From an uncultured Acidobacteriota bacterium (GTDB lineage: Bacteria > Acidobacteriota > Thermoanaerobaculia > Multivoradales > SZUA-115), in the NCBI GenBank assembly GCA_963805975.1, contig CAWDVR010000002.1, positions 704,001 to 768,000 on the forward strand: a stretch of DNA of 64,000 bases. Reading direction: 5' to 3'. The position numbers were made by a program, and so were the translations under genes. Shown one piece after another: positions 1-13,602 of the stretch (position 1 is the first letter of the stretch; each line of letters begins with the position of its first letter). The notes beneath the pieces were generated by a model. It was not told where the DNA came from. It searched no databases and was given only the letters and a program-made list of their open reading frames with translations.

Positions 1-532
1 GCGCCAGGAAGTCCAGCACTTTGGGCGGCGGCACCACGGTCAGTCCGTCCGGCTTGCCGAAGTCCGAAGCGATCTTCGCCACCAGCCGGTTGGGCCCGAC
101 GCCGATCGAGACCGCCAGGCGCCGCTCCTCGCGCACCCGGCGGCGGATGTCCTTGGCGAGCGCGGTGGCGGTTGGAAAGGCGCCCAGGTGGTCGCTGACG
201 TCGAGGTAAGCCTCGTCCAGGGCCACGGTCTGAACCACGGGCGTGTACTCCCGGAAGAGAGTGAAGATGGCCTCCGACTCGCGGGCATAACGGGGAAAAT
301 CCGGCTTGATGAAGATCGCGTGCGGGCACAGGCGCCGGGCCCGCGACGCCGGCATGGCCGAGCGCACGCCGAAGCGCCGCACCTCGTAGCTCGCCGCCGC
401 GACCACCCCCCGCCCCGCCGGATCGCCGCCGATCACCACCGGCTTGCCGGCCAGCGACGGCTCGTCCCGCTGATGGACTGCCGCGTAAAAGCAGTCCATG
501 TCGCAGTGGAGTATACGCCTCGTTTCCGCCAC
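1..532 (-). CDS. dinB: DNA polymerase IV (Y-family), 5' part; runs off the window start
   Basis: Not in the ORF track. Manual translation from GTG at 532 gives MAETRRILHCDMDCFYAAVHQRDEPSLAGKPVVIGG...VVAAASYEVRRFGVRSAMP, the DinB N-terminal signature; SIGVGPNRLVAKIASDFGKPDG follows. Confidence 0.95.
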   Translation of the reverse strand, partial: MAETRRILHCDMDCFYAAVHQRDEPSLAGKPVVIGGDPAGRGVVAAASYEVRRFGVRSAMPASRARRLCPHAIFIKPDFPRYARESEAIFTLFREYTPVVQTVALDEAYLDVSDHLGAFPTATALAKDIRRRVREERRLAVSIGVGPNRLVAKIASDFGKPDGLTVVPPPKVLDFLA

Positions 533-538
533 GGGCGG

Positions 539-564
539 ATTGTACTCCGCCACGAGACTAAACT
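539..564. promoter_or_regulatory. Divergent -10 elements for leaderless dinB and trpF
   Basis: Minus-strand TACAAT (544-539) lies 6 nt before the dinB GTG. Plus-strand TAAACT (559-564) lies 6 nt before the trpF ATG. Neither gene has an SD. Confidence 0.6.
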
Positions 565-570
565 GTCGTC

Positions 571-1233
571 ATGGCCCGCCCCCGCGTCAAGATCTGCTGT
601 ATGGCCTCGGTCGAAGAGGCTGCGATGGCCGTGGCGGCGGGGGCTGACGCCGTCGGGCTGGTGTCGGCCATGCCGAGCGGGCCAGGCCCCATCCCGGAGG
701 AGCGGATCGCCACGATCGCCGCCGCGGTGCCGCCGCCGGTCGCGACCTTCCTGCTGACTTGCCTCTCGACAGCGGAAGAGATCGTGACCCAGCAGCACCG
801 CTGCGGCGCCGGCACCTTGCAGCTCGTCGACTCGGTCGCGCCCGAAGAGCTCCTGGCGCTGCGGCGGGAGCTGCCTGGCGTCCGGCTGGTGCAAGTGATC
901 CACGTCACCGGACCGGAGGCGATCGACGAGGCCGTCGCGGTGGCGCCTCTCGTGGACGCTCTGCTCCTCGACTCCGGCGACCCCAGGGCCGCGGTCAAGG
1001 AGCTGGGCGGCACAGGCCGCGTGCACGACTGGTCGATCTCGGCGGAGATCCGACGGCGGGCGGGAAAGCCCATCTTCCTGGCCGGTGGCCTCACCCCGGA
1101 GAACGTGGCCGCCGCCGTCGCCACCGTGCGGCCGTTCGGAGTGGACGTGTGCAGCGGCGTCCGGACCGAGGGCAAGCTCGACCCGGACAAGCTGCGGCGC
1201 TTCTTCGCGGCCCTCGCGACCGGGCCCGTGTGA
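571..1233 (+). CDS. trpF: Phosphoribosylanthranilate isomerase
   Basis: RVKICC, GADAVGLV, LLLDS, GGTGRVHDW, FLAGGLTPENV and GVDVCSGV motifs. Confidence 0.9.
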   Translation: MARPRVKICCMASVEEAAMAVAAGADAVGLVSAMPSGPGPIPEERIATIAAAVPPPVATFLLTCLSTAEEIVTQQHRCGAGTLQLVDSVAPEELLALRRELPGVRLVQVIHVTGPEAIDEAVAVAPLVDALLLDSGDPRAAVKELGGTGRVHDWSISAEIRRRAGKPIFLAGGLTPENVAAAVATVRPFGVDVCSGVRTEGKLDPDKLRRFFAALATGPV

Positions 1234-1259
1234 GCTCGATGTTTCCTGGCTTCGACGGC

Positions 1260-1288
1260 TTGCCACGTTTGAAATGGCCATGTAGGAT
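1260..1288 (+). promoter_or_regulatory. Sigma70-type promoter of TA operon 1 (leaderless)
   Basis: TTGCCA-17 nt-TAGGAT, 6 nt before ATG 1295. Confidence 0.6.
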
Positions 1289-1294
1289 TGAGAT

Positions 1295-1534
1295 ATGGAC
1301 ATTTCCGTGACCCGCTTCCGCGCTAGCTGCCTCGAGCTCATCCGCCAGGTCGAAACCGGAGGCCAGCCGGTGGACATTCGGCGCCGCGGCAAGATCGTCG
1401 CTCGGCTGGCGCCGGCTCCCTTGCCCGTCGCCATTGCACCCCGACCTTGGGAGCGGCTGCGCGGCTCCGGCAGGTTGCTGGCCGAGCCGGACGAGGCCGT
1501 GCTGAGCGCCGAGGACTTCGAGACGGCGCGTTGA
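1295..1534 (+). CDS. Phd/YefM-family antitoxin
   Basis: 79 aa, ISVTRFRASCLELIRQVETGGQPVDIRRRGKIVARLAP; its stop overlaps the PIN gene start (TTGA). Confidence 0.85.
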   Translation: MDISVTRFRASCLELIRQVETGGQPVDIRRRGKIVARLAPAPLPVAIAPRPWERLRGSGRLLAEPDEAVLSAEDFETAR

Positions 1535-1935
1535 GCGTCCTGCTCGACACGCACGTCTGGCTGTGGTGGCTGCTCGGCTCGGAAAGCCTACCGGCGGCGG
1601 AGCGTGCCGCCCTCGAACGCTTGGCGCCTCGACGCGCGCTACGCCTGGCAGCAGTCAGCCTGTGGGAGGCCCAAATGCTCCATGCGAAGGGCCGGTTGGA
1701 GCTCGACCGGCCCTTCGACGTCTGGGTACGTGAGGCAGCAGCAGCCGACGTGGTCGAGATCGCGCCCCTCGACGCCGAGGTGGTGATCGCCCTCGACCGG
1801 CTTCCAGCCTCGTTCCACGGCGACCCAGCCGACCGTCTCATCGTGGCGACGGCGAGGGCGTATCGCCTTCCCCTTGCCACCCACGACCGCGCCATCCGCC
1901 GAAGCCGGGCAGCGAGGATCTGGAAGGCGGCCTGA
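1531..1935 (+). CDS. vapC: VapC-family PIN-domain toxin
   Basis: TTG start; VLLDTHVWLWW, SLWE, HGDPADRLIVATA, LATHD acidic PIN motifs. Confidence 0.9.
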   Translation: MSVLLDTHVWLWWLLGSESLPAAERAALERLAPRRALRLAAVSLWEAQMLHAKGRLELDRPFDVWVREAAAADVVEIAPLDAEVVIALDRLPASFHGDPADRLIVATARAYRLPLATHDRAIRRSRAARIWKAA

Positions 1936-1940
1936 GCGGC

Positions 1941-3356
<1,416 letters not shown>

Positions 3357-3423
3357 CTGCTCAAGACCTTTCTGTGGCAGGGGTGGACGGCTCGTCGCGG
3401 GTGGACGCGCGCGCCGGGTTCTC

Positions 3424-3912
3424 CTAGTTCACGGTCTGGTTGCCGGCCATCATGCGGCCGGTGGCGATCGCCCGGGCCTCGGCCAGCACTGCGGGGTCCA
3501 CGGCCTCGACCAGGAGCTCCAGCGCCGCCGTGTTCTGCACCAGGCCGGCCAGGAGGCGCCCGGCCGCGGCCCGTTCGGCCGCCGGAGCGCTCCACGAAGC
3601 CGTGGGGTCGCGGACCTCGTCGCTCAGCAGGGCGCCGGCTTCCGGCTCCTCTTCGAGCTTGGTGCCACCGAAAGCGGTAAACACGGCCGCCGCCAGAAAA
3701 GCGGTGCGGCGGTCGCCGAGGACGGCCGCCGGGGCCGCGCCTGGCGGAGCTCCCACCTCGACCACGGCGAAGCGGCCCGTGCCCATCTCGGTCACGCGGA
3801 AACGGGGGCCTTCGCCCTCGCCCACCGCCTCGATGGGCTCCTCCGCCCGTCGCCGCGCGGCGAGATAGCGGAGCAGAAAATGTGTCGGGTCGCGGTCGTC
3901 GTGGCGGCTCAT
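3424..3912 (-). CDS. Hypothetical protein (162 aa)
   Basis: ATG-started ORF with plausible codon usage filling the gap between fumC and a TA pair; no recognised motif. Confidence 0.6.
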   Translation of the reverse strand: MSRHDDRDPTHFLLRYLAARRRAEEPIEAVGEGEGPRFRVTEMGTGRFAVVEVGAPPGAAPAAVLGDRRTAFLAAAVFTAFGGTKLEEEPEAGALLSDEVRDPTASWSAPAAERAAAGRLLAGLVQNTAALELLVEAVDPAVLAEARAIATGRMMAGNQTVN

Positions 3913-3966
3913 CGGAGAGATCCAAGTATCGCATAGCGCCCTCGCGCCGGACGACTCGCTTCAATG

Positions 3967-3975
3967 TGCTACCCT
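3967..3975 (+). promoter_or_regulatory. Extended -10 promoter (leaderless) of TA operon 2
   Basis: TGcTACCCT, 7 nt before ATG 3983. Confidence 0.5.
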
Positions 3976-3982
3976 GTGCTCC

Positions 3983-4267
3983 ATGGCGGATCTCCCTGCT
4001 GTCAACGTCCGCGAGCTACGGCAGAACCTCAGCAAGTATCTGCGGCGCGTCGCGGCCGGCGAGACGTTGCGCGTAGCCGAGCGTGGTCGGCCGGTGGCCA
4101 TCCTGGCGCCGCTGCCCGAGGGCGAGAGTCTGATCGATCGCCTGCTAGCGCAAGGGCTGCTGACGCGTCCACGACTCGATCTCGCCGCGCTCGGCCCTCC
4201 TCCTCCGCTGCCGACCGCCATACCCATCAGCGAGGCGCTAGCCGAGCAGCGAAGCGACAGGGTGTGA
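3983..4267 (+). CDS. Phd/YefM-family (VapB-type) antitoxin
   Basis: VNVRELRQNLSKYLRRVAAGETLRVAERGRPVAILAP; GTGA overlap with the PIN gene. Confidence 0.9.
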   Translation: MADLPAVNVRELRQNLSKYLRRVAAGETLRVAERGRPVAILAPLPEGESLIDRLLAQGLLTRPRLDLAALGPPPPLPTAIPISEALAEQRSDRV

Positions 4268-4671
4268 GCGGCTCTGCCCTCTACCTGGATTCGTCGGCCC
4301 TCGTCAAGCTCGTGCTGCCGGAGCGGGAGTCGGCCGCTCTTGCAGCCGCTCTCGCGGACTGGGGCGTGCATGTTGCGAGCGAGGTCGTTCGCGTCGAGCT
4401 CCGGCGCGCTGCACGCAGAGCATCGCCGGCGCAACCGGACGCCATCCAACGGGTTGAGGATGTGTTGGCGGGCCTCCACCTGCTCAAGGTGAACCGTCGC
4501 GTCCTCGATCAAGCTGGCGAGCTGCCGCCCGCGAAGCTTCGCAGCCTGGACGCGATCCACTTTGCCTCCGCCCTCTCCTTGGGCGAGGATCTCGGTGCGA
4601 TGGTGGTCTACGACAATGCGTTAGCCGAAGCAGCGCGGGCGGCCGGACTCACCGTGCTGGCGCCGGTCTGA
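4264..4671 (+). CDS. vapC: VapC-family PIN-domain toxin
   Basis: LYLDSSALVKLV, LRSLDAIHFASA, VVYDNALAEAA. Confidence 0.9.
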   Translation: MSGSALYLDSSALVKLVLPERESAALAAALADWGVHVASEVVRVELRRAARRASPAQPDAIQRVEDVLAGLHLLKVNRRVLDQAGELPPAKLRSLDAIHFASALSLGEDLGAMVVYDNALAEAARAAGLTVLAPV

Positions 4672-4676
4672 ACCAT

Positions 4677-5426
4677 CTACCCCTCCAGCCTCGCCCGCAC
4701 CTCCGCTGCCCTCCTTCGCGACACGCGCACGGTCGAGCCGTCGGCCAGGGTGAGGGTGGCCGAGCCATCGCCGCAGCCGGTGATCTTCTCGATCGCCTCG
4801 AGGTTGACGAGGTCGGCGCGGCTGGCGCGCACGAAGCAGGCCCCGGCGCGGGCCTCGATCTCCTGCAAGGTGTAGTCGGTGAGATTGCGACCGGCCTTGG
4901 TGTGGGCGACGACCAAGCCGTCGCCGGCCTCGAAGCGCAGAATGGCGCGGAACGGCAGCAGCCGGTGCCCGCGACTCTCGCGCACCAGGAGGCGGGGCCG
5001 CGCCGCCCCCGAGAGCTGGAGCGCGTCACCGAGGCGGCCGAGGAGGTCCGGCGGCAGCGCCGGCGCCTGCCGCTCCTCGAGCCGCCGCCGCGCCCGCTCG
5101 AGGGCGCGCTCGAGCCGGTCGCGGGTCACCGGCTTGACCACGTAGTCGATCGCCTCGTGCTCGAAGGCCTGCAGGGCGTACTCGTCGTAGGCGGTCTGGA
5201 AGACGATCAGCGGCCGCGGCTCCGGCAGGTGGCGGGCGACGTCGAAGCCGTCGACCTCGGGCATGGCGATGTCGAGCAGCAGCAGATCCGGCCGGAATTC
5301 GCGCAGCCGCTCCAGGGCCTCGACGCCATCGGCCGCCTCGCCCACCACCTCGACGTCGAGGTCGGCGAGCATGGCGGCGAGACGCCCGCGGGCCGCCGGC
5401 TCGTCGTCGACGATCAGCACCCGCAC
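4677..5426 (-). CDS. LytTR-family response regulator
   Basis: GTG start just after the kinase stop. REC motifs [35 protein letters not shown]; LytTR motifs [19 protein letters not shown]. Confidence 0.92.
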   Translation of the reverse strand: MRVLIVDDEPAARGRLAAMLADLDVEVVGEAADGVEALERLREFRPDLLLLDIAMPEVDGFDVARHLPEPRPLIVFQTAYDEYALQAFEHEAIDYVVKPVTRDRLERALERARRRLEERQAPALPPDLLGRLGDALQLSGAARPRLLVRESRGHRLLPFRAILRFEAGDGLVVAHTKAGRNLTDYTLQEIEARAGACFVRASRADLVNLEAIEKITGCGDGSATLTLADGSTVRVSRRRAAEVRARLEG

Positions 5427-5428
5427 GT

Positions 5429-6598
5429 TCAGCTCCGCTCCGACGTGCGCGGCCCGGTGACGGGGAGGGTCACCACCGCCTTCGCGCCGCGCTCGCCGGG
5501 CTCCAGCGCGAGGCTCGCCGCCGGTCCATACAGGGTGGCGAGCCGCTGGCGCAGGTTCGAGAGGCCGGTGCCTTCCCCGTGCCGCAGAGGCAGGCCGGCG
5601 CCGTCGTCCGCCACCGAGAGCACGAGCTTGCCGGCGACGAAACCGGCCACGATCTCGATCGTGCCGCCCTCGATGCGCTGGCCGAGCCCGTGCTTCAGGG
5701 CGTTCTCGACCAGGGGCTGGAGGACCAGCGGCGGCACGGGCACCGCCAGGGCGTCCGGGGCGATGGCCCAGCTCACCCGCAGCCGGTCGCCAAAGCGCTG
5801 CTCCTCGACCGCCAGGTAGGCCTTCAGGTAGTCGATCTCTTCCCCCAGCGGCGCCGCCGTGCGCCGCGAGCGGTCGAGGGTCTTCCGCAGCACCTGCGCC
5901 ACGTTCTCGACCGTGGCCTCGGCGGCGCGGGCGTCGGTGCGCACCAGGGCGGCGATGGTGTTCAGGGCGTTGAACAGGTAGTGGGGATGGATCTGCGCCT
6001 GGAGAGCTGCGAGCTGCGCCTCGGTGGCCTCGGAGCGGGCGCGGGCGGCGGCCTCGGCCTGCTCGCGGGCGTGCTGATAGAGGAACCTCGAGGCGCGGTG
6101 GCTGGCGCGGGCGACGAGCACGCCGACGAAGAGGAAGCCGACCACCATGAGCAGGTATTCGGGGCCGTGGAAGAGCGCGCGCACGATGTTCACCCCGGTC
6201 CCGGCGCCGAGCAGCAGCCCGGCGGCCACCCCCAGCACCGGCGAAACCTCGAGCATCTGGTGCAGGACGCGGGGCTCGACCTCCGGCAAGGAAACCGGAC
6301 CGGCCTCCAAGGCCTTGCCGGTCTGGCTGGCCGTCTCGAGCACGTGCGAGATCATCCACAAGTAGAGCCCCGACAGACCGAGACAGAACGCCATCGACTC
6401 GGCCACGCCCCACTTGCCGCGGCTGTTGTCGAGATCTAAAACCAGTTGCAGGGTGACGATGAACACGGTGCCGAAGATCAGGCCCAGCACGGTCAGCCGG
6501 CTCTTTCTCGGCGCCTCGCGGTAGGTCGAGGTGAGGATGGCCCAGAGAGAACCGGCGGGGCGCGGCCTTGCAGCCAAGACGGAAGCGGGTGTGGTCAT
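5429..6598 (-). CDS. LytS/YehU-type sensor histidine kinase
   Basis: AAGGAGG RBS before ATG 6598; N-terminal TM helices; [45 protein letters not shown]. Confidence 0.92.
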   Translation of the reverse strand: MTTPASVLAARPRPAGSLWAILTSTYREAPRKSRLTVLGLIFGTVFIVTLQLVLDLDNSRGKWGVAESMAFCLGLSGLYLWMISHVLETASQTGKALEAGPVSLPEVEPRVLHQMLEVSPVLGVAAGLLLGAGTGVNIVRALFHGPEYLLMVVGFLFVGVLVARASHRASRFLYQHAREQAEAAARARSEATEAQLAALQAQIHPHYLFNALNTIAALVRTDARAAEATVENVAQVLRKTLDRSRRTAAPLGEEIDYLKAYLAVEEQRFGDRLRVSWAIAPDALAVPVPPLVLQPLVENALKHGLGQRIEGGTIEIVAGFVAGKLVLSVADDGAGLPLRHGEGTGLSNLRQRLATLYGPAASLALEPGERGAKAVVTLPVTGPRTSERS

Positions 6599-6790
6599 GG
6601 TGAAGCCCTCCTTTCGAGGATCTACCATCCCGCCGTTCGCGGCAACCCTCAACGCCGAGACGGGTGAGCGGCCGGACGAGCGGGTCGAGCGGCAGTTTTC
6701 GGCCGCCGAGCCGGAGACCGCCGCGCATCGAGTCCGCGCCGGTCTTGGCGGCCCCCTCCTGCGGTCTGTGGGGAGAACGAGCGAAGCTGG

Positions 6791-10016
<3,226 letters not shown>

Positions 10017-10218
10017 GGCGACGGCGGAGTGTAGCAGGCGCTCCTGGGCGCCCAAGAGCCGGACCGCGCCACCAAGGCGTAAGGCCTGCCCCGCCGTTTC
10101 CGTCTCTTCTCGTAAGACCGGCGCCACTGGAGGTGCCACTGAAGTCAACCAGCTGGCTCTTCCTTCTGAACACGGAGTTGGTGTACACTATCTTCGTGCA
10201 CAGAATGAGAGCCTGGCC

Positions 10219-10440
10219 ATGCTGAGGAACATCACCATGAGCGCCGAAGCGAGTGTCATCGACCGTGCCCGAGAAAGAGCGCGCCGCGAGAGCACGACTC
10301 TGAACGAGGTCTTCCGCGGCTTTCTGCTGCGGTACATCGGCCAGGAAGCAGCTCCCAGCGAGTACCGGGGACTGATGGACCGTTTGAGCTACGTGCAGGC
10401 AGGCGCCCACTTCACGCGGGACGAGCTCAATGAGCGCTAA
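10219..10440 (+). CDS. Ribbon-helix-helix-type antitoxin
   Basis: 73 aa, RNITMSAEASVIDRARERARRESTTLNEVFRGFL...FTRDELNER, overlapping a PIN gene. Short palindromes GTGTACAC (10181-10188) and GTGCAC (10196-10201) lie upstream. Confidence 0.8.
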   Translation: MLRNITMSAEASVIDRARERARRESTTLNEVFRGFLLRYIGQEAAPSEYRGLMDRLSYVQAGAHFTRDELNER

Positions 10441-10861
10441 GTTCTTCCTGGACACCAATGTCCTGGTCTACACCTTCGACACCAGAGAACCGGTGAAGCA
10501 GGCCCGGGCCCGCGAGCTGGTGGAGACGGCTCTTTCCGGCGCTCGCGGCCTGATCAGCTACCAGGTTGTCCAGGAGTTCCTGAACGTCGCCACCCGACGG
10601 TTCGAGCGACCACTGTCACCCACCGATGCGGAGCTCTACCTCAACCAGGTCTTGAGCCCGCTCTGCGAGGTCTTTCCCAGCACCGGGCTCTACCGCTCGG
10701 CACTGGGCGTAGCCGCGCGCCTGCAGCTCGCCTTTTACGACAGCCTGATCGTCGCCGGGGCCCTGAGCCGTGGCTGTCGGGTGCTCTACTCCGAGGATCT
10801 TCAGCACGGCCAGCGGATCGAGGGCCTGGCGATCGTCAATCCCTTCCTGCCGGTTGGCTGA
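10430..10861 (+). CDS. vapC: PIN-domain toxin
   Basis: FFLDTNVLVY, SYQVVQEF, AFYDSLIVAGA, LYSEDLQHG, IVNPF. Confidence 0.92.
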   Translation: MSAKFFLDTNVLVYTFDTREPVKQARARELVETALSGARGLISYQVVQEFLNVATRRFERPLSPTDAELYLNQVLSPLCEVFPSTGLYRSALGVAARLQLAFYDSLIVAGALSRGCRVLYSEDLQHGQRIEGLAIVNPFLPVG

Positions 10862-10890
10862 GCGCCCCATCGCGGCGCCTAGCCCGCCGT

Positions 10891-12006
10891 CTACTGGAAC
10901 GCCGAGCCGCACTTCCCCGTGCCGGTGAGCGGCACCTTCTGGCCAGGGGCCAGGATCAGGGTGCCAGGCCGGTCGCCGCGCTCCTGCCAGCCGCTCCAAT
11001 CCACCAGGTAGGAGCAGGTGCAGGAGATGCCCTGATCGATCAGCGCATCCTTCTGCGCCTCGGTGAGCGAGAAGTCGGTGGTGGGGATGCCGAGGTCGTT
11101 CAGGATCACGGTGCGCTCGAGGTTGGGAGGATCGGTGGCCAGTGCGTCCACCTGCACCTTGAGCAGGGCCTCGAACAGCGCCTTGGTGTACTGGGGCAGA
11201 TCCTTGATCTTGCGCTCCCGTGCCGGTGAGCCGGTGTTGAGCAGCACGAAGCCCAGGGTCTCCCGGTCGAGACCCTGCTCGCCGTCGAAGGCGTCCACGG
11301 GATAGTTGCGCATCACGCCGCCGTCGACAAAAGTATCGCCGTCCGAGAGCACCGAGGCGAAGAAGACAGGGTAGGACATCGACATGCGCACGGCCATGGC
11401 GACCTCGAAGCCCGGGCTGGTGGCGAAGGAGAGCTCGCGGGCCTGGCTCGAGTTGAGGTCGGTCGAGAAGACGTGCAGGTCGCGGTAGCCGCCGGCCTGG
11501 AGGTCGGCGAAGGTGGCGTTCTTCTTGCCCGTCTTCGTCTCGATCAGGCAGCGCATCAGCTCGAGGAAGTAGTCACCGGCGTACCAGCCGTACTTCGACA
11601 GCAGCCGCGGCACGCCGTCGTCGCCGCCGTCCTCGAATTGCTTGAAATCGATCGACATCATCACCGACCGGATCTCCGACGGCGTGTAGCGCAGGCCCAC
11701 GAGCGCCGCCGTGATGGCGCCGGCCGAGGTCCCGGCCACGCGCTCGATCTGCGGCAGGATGCCCTGCTGCTCCATCACCTCGAGGGCGCCGGCGTAGGCC
11801 ACGCCTTTGACGCCGCCGCCCTCGAAGACCAGGTTGCGGAACGGGTACGCTCGGGGCGCCGGGCACAGGGAGGCTGCCTGTACAGGGAGTGGCGTGACCG
11901 AGGCGTCAGGCAGGAGGCTCTGACAGTCGAACGTGTGCGCCGTGGTGCAGCCTGCCGCAAGCGTGGTCACGACGACGAGCAGAGCGAGAGCCGGTTGGCG
12001 CCGCAT
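10891..12006 (-). CDS. Patatin-like phospholipase, predicted lipoprotein
   Basis: AAGGAG RBS; signal peptide with lipobox LAAG-C; NLVFEGGGVKG, GTSAG nucleophile motif, MSMSYPVFF, DGG. Confidence 0.9.
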   Translation of the reverse strand: MRRQPALALLVVVTTLAAGCTTAHTFDCQSLLPDASVTPLPVQAASLCPAPRAYPFRNLVFEGGGVKGVAYAGALEVMEQQGILPQIERVAGTSAGAITAALVGLRYTPSEIRSVMMSIDFKQFEDGGDDGVPRLLSKYGWYAGDYFLELMRCLIETKTGKKNATFADLQAGGYRDLHVFSTDLNSSQARELSFATSPGFEVAMAVRMSMSYPVFFASVLSDGDTFVDGGVMRNYPVDAFDGEQGLDRETLGFVLLNTGSPARERKIKDLPQYTKALFEALLKVQVDALATDPPNLERTVILNDLGIPTTDFSLTEAQKDALIDQGISCTCSYLVDWSGWQERGDRPGTLILAPGQKVPLTGTGKCGSAFQ

Positions 12007-12105
12007 GGAAGCTCCTTTCGAACAGAGGTGGGGACGGCGGCAGAGTAGCACCGTTGCCCGTTCTCGCGACCGGGCCGGGAGCCTGGAGTAGGATCCGTCT
12101 CACCT

Positions 12106-13602
12106 ATGAGAAACCCTGGCGCGCGGTCCCGGCGGAGCGTTCGACTCGTGGTCTTTCTCGCGGCGCTCTGCGCCGCGCCCATGGCCCCCCCGCTCGCCGC
12201 CCAGTCCTGGCGCGGCACGGCCGGGCTCGACGTCGAGATCTCGGAACGCGGCAAGCCGCCGGTGGCAGGGGCCGAAGTCCACCTCCTCTACCTCGAGATC
12301 GAGCCCAAGGCCGGGCCGCCGGCCGCGATGACCGACGCCCGTGGCATCGCGTCCATCGATGGCCTCGCCGAGGGCAAGTGGCGGCTCGAGGTGCGCTACC
12401 AGGGCAAGAGCCCCTACTCGGCCGTGGTCCAGGTGACAGCCGGCGAGAAGCTCACGGTGGTGGCCGGGCCGGTCCGCGACGCCGCGGCGCCGGCCCTGAC
12501 CGTGAAATTCGGCAAGATCCGCGTCACCGCGGCACCCGTGGTCCCCTCCGCGGCACCAGCTCCCGAGCCGGTGAAGCCCGCGCGGCCGGCACCTGCACCG
12601 CAACCGAGACCTGAGCCGCCGCCCGCCCCGGCGCCCAAGCCAGTTCCGCCGCCGGCACCTCAGCCGAAACCCGAGCCGTCACCAGCGCCAACACCCACGC
12701 CGGCTCCGCCGCCCGTACCGCAGGCGAGACCCGAGCCCCCTCCGGCCCCAGCGCCGGCGCTCCGGCCTCCCGAGACCAAGCCCGCACCGCAGCCGGCGCC
12801 TACGCAACCTGCTCCGACTCAGCCACCGCCGGCTACGCCCCCGGTGGAGGCTCCGCCGCCGGTGATCGCTGCCCCCAAACCCGCGCCGGCACAGCCCGCC
12901 CCACCTCCCGCGTCGCCCCAACTCGTGGTTCCCAAGCCCGCGGTTCCCGAACCGTCACAGCCCGCGCCGGTGCCAGCTCCGGCCCCGAAGCCGGCGCCGC
13001 TCCCCGCACCGCCGGCGATCAGCGCCCCCCCTATGAGTGCCCCTCCGATGAGCGCCGGGGTGCGCTCCGCCACCGCCGGCAACTGCCCGGACTGCAAGGC
13101 GGGTGAAGCGGCGGTCTCGGTGCAGCTCACGGCCGGCGCACAGGCCTCCCCCGGCGCCTGCAATGCGGAGGCAGACATGAAGCGGGCCATCGCTGCCCTG
13201 GTCGCGGCGGCGGACGCCGGCTTCGCTTCCTTTACCGGTCCTCTGATCGATCCCGCGAGCGGCCAGCTCGCGGCCGCCGCCGGCACCGCCGCGCGCGAAG
13301 CCGTGGGGCCGATCTTCGCTCCCTACCTCGAGCCCGGTGGCCCCTGCCAGGTGCTGGCAGTGGTGCTGCAGCCCGGCACTCGCTACGCCGGATACGCCTA
13401 CGAAGCGAGCGATGCCACGGGAGGCGGGGCCTGTGTGGGCAGCGAAGAGTGCGAGGTGGGCGGCGCCCGGTGGGCCGGGCACCCGGTGATGGAGAAGACG
13501 GCCCAGGGCACCGTGCTCTACGGCGTGTTCACCAACCGCTCGGTCGATCGCGCCCGGCGGGCGAAGCTCGTCGTGTACTTCCGGCCGGCCGGCGGATCCT
13601 AG
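12106..13602 (+). CDS. Secreted protein: carboxypeptidase-regulatory-like beta-sandwich, long Pro-rich linker, Cys-containing C-terminal domain
   Basis: Signal peptide ending LAAQ; GKPPVAGAEV..TDARG..IDGLAEGKWRLEV; about 150 aa PA/PK/PE-rich region; C-terminal domain with 6 Cys. Confidence 0.75.
   Translation: MRNPGARSRRSVRLVVFLAALCAAPMAPPLAAQSWRGTAGLDVEISERGKPPVAGAEVHLLYLEIEPKAGPPAAMTDARGIASIDGLAEGKWRLEVRYQGKSPYSAVVQVTAGEKLTVVAGPVRDAAAPALTVKFGKIRVTAAPVVPSAAPAPEPVKPARPAPAPQPRPEPPPAPAPKPVPPPAPQPKPEPSPAPTPTPAPPPVPQARPEPPPAPAPALRPPETKPAPQPAPTQPAPTQPPPATPPVEAPPPVIAAPKPAPAQPAPPPASPQLVVPKPAVPEPSQPAPVPAPAPKPAPLPAPPAISAPPMSAPPMSAGVRSATAGNCPDCKAGEAAVSVQLTAGAQASPGACNAEADMKRAIAALVAAADAGFASFTGPLIDPASGQLAAAAGTAAREAVGPIFAPYLEPGGPCQVLAVVLQPGTRYAGYAYEASDATGGGACVGSEECEVGGARWAGHPVMEKTAQGTVLYGVFTNRSVDRARRAKLVVYFRPAGGS

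Noticed and set aside
10891-12006. Patatin as a CBASS CapV-type effector
   Set aside because: It has a lipoprotein signal peptide and there is no CD-NTase nearby.
12540-13060. Repetitive C-rich DNA suggesting a tandem array or CRISPR
   Set aside because: It is the coding sequence of a Pro-rich linker, with no constant repeat-spacer pattern and no cas genes.
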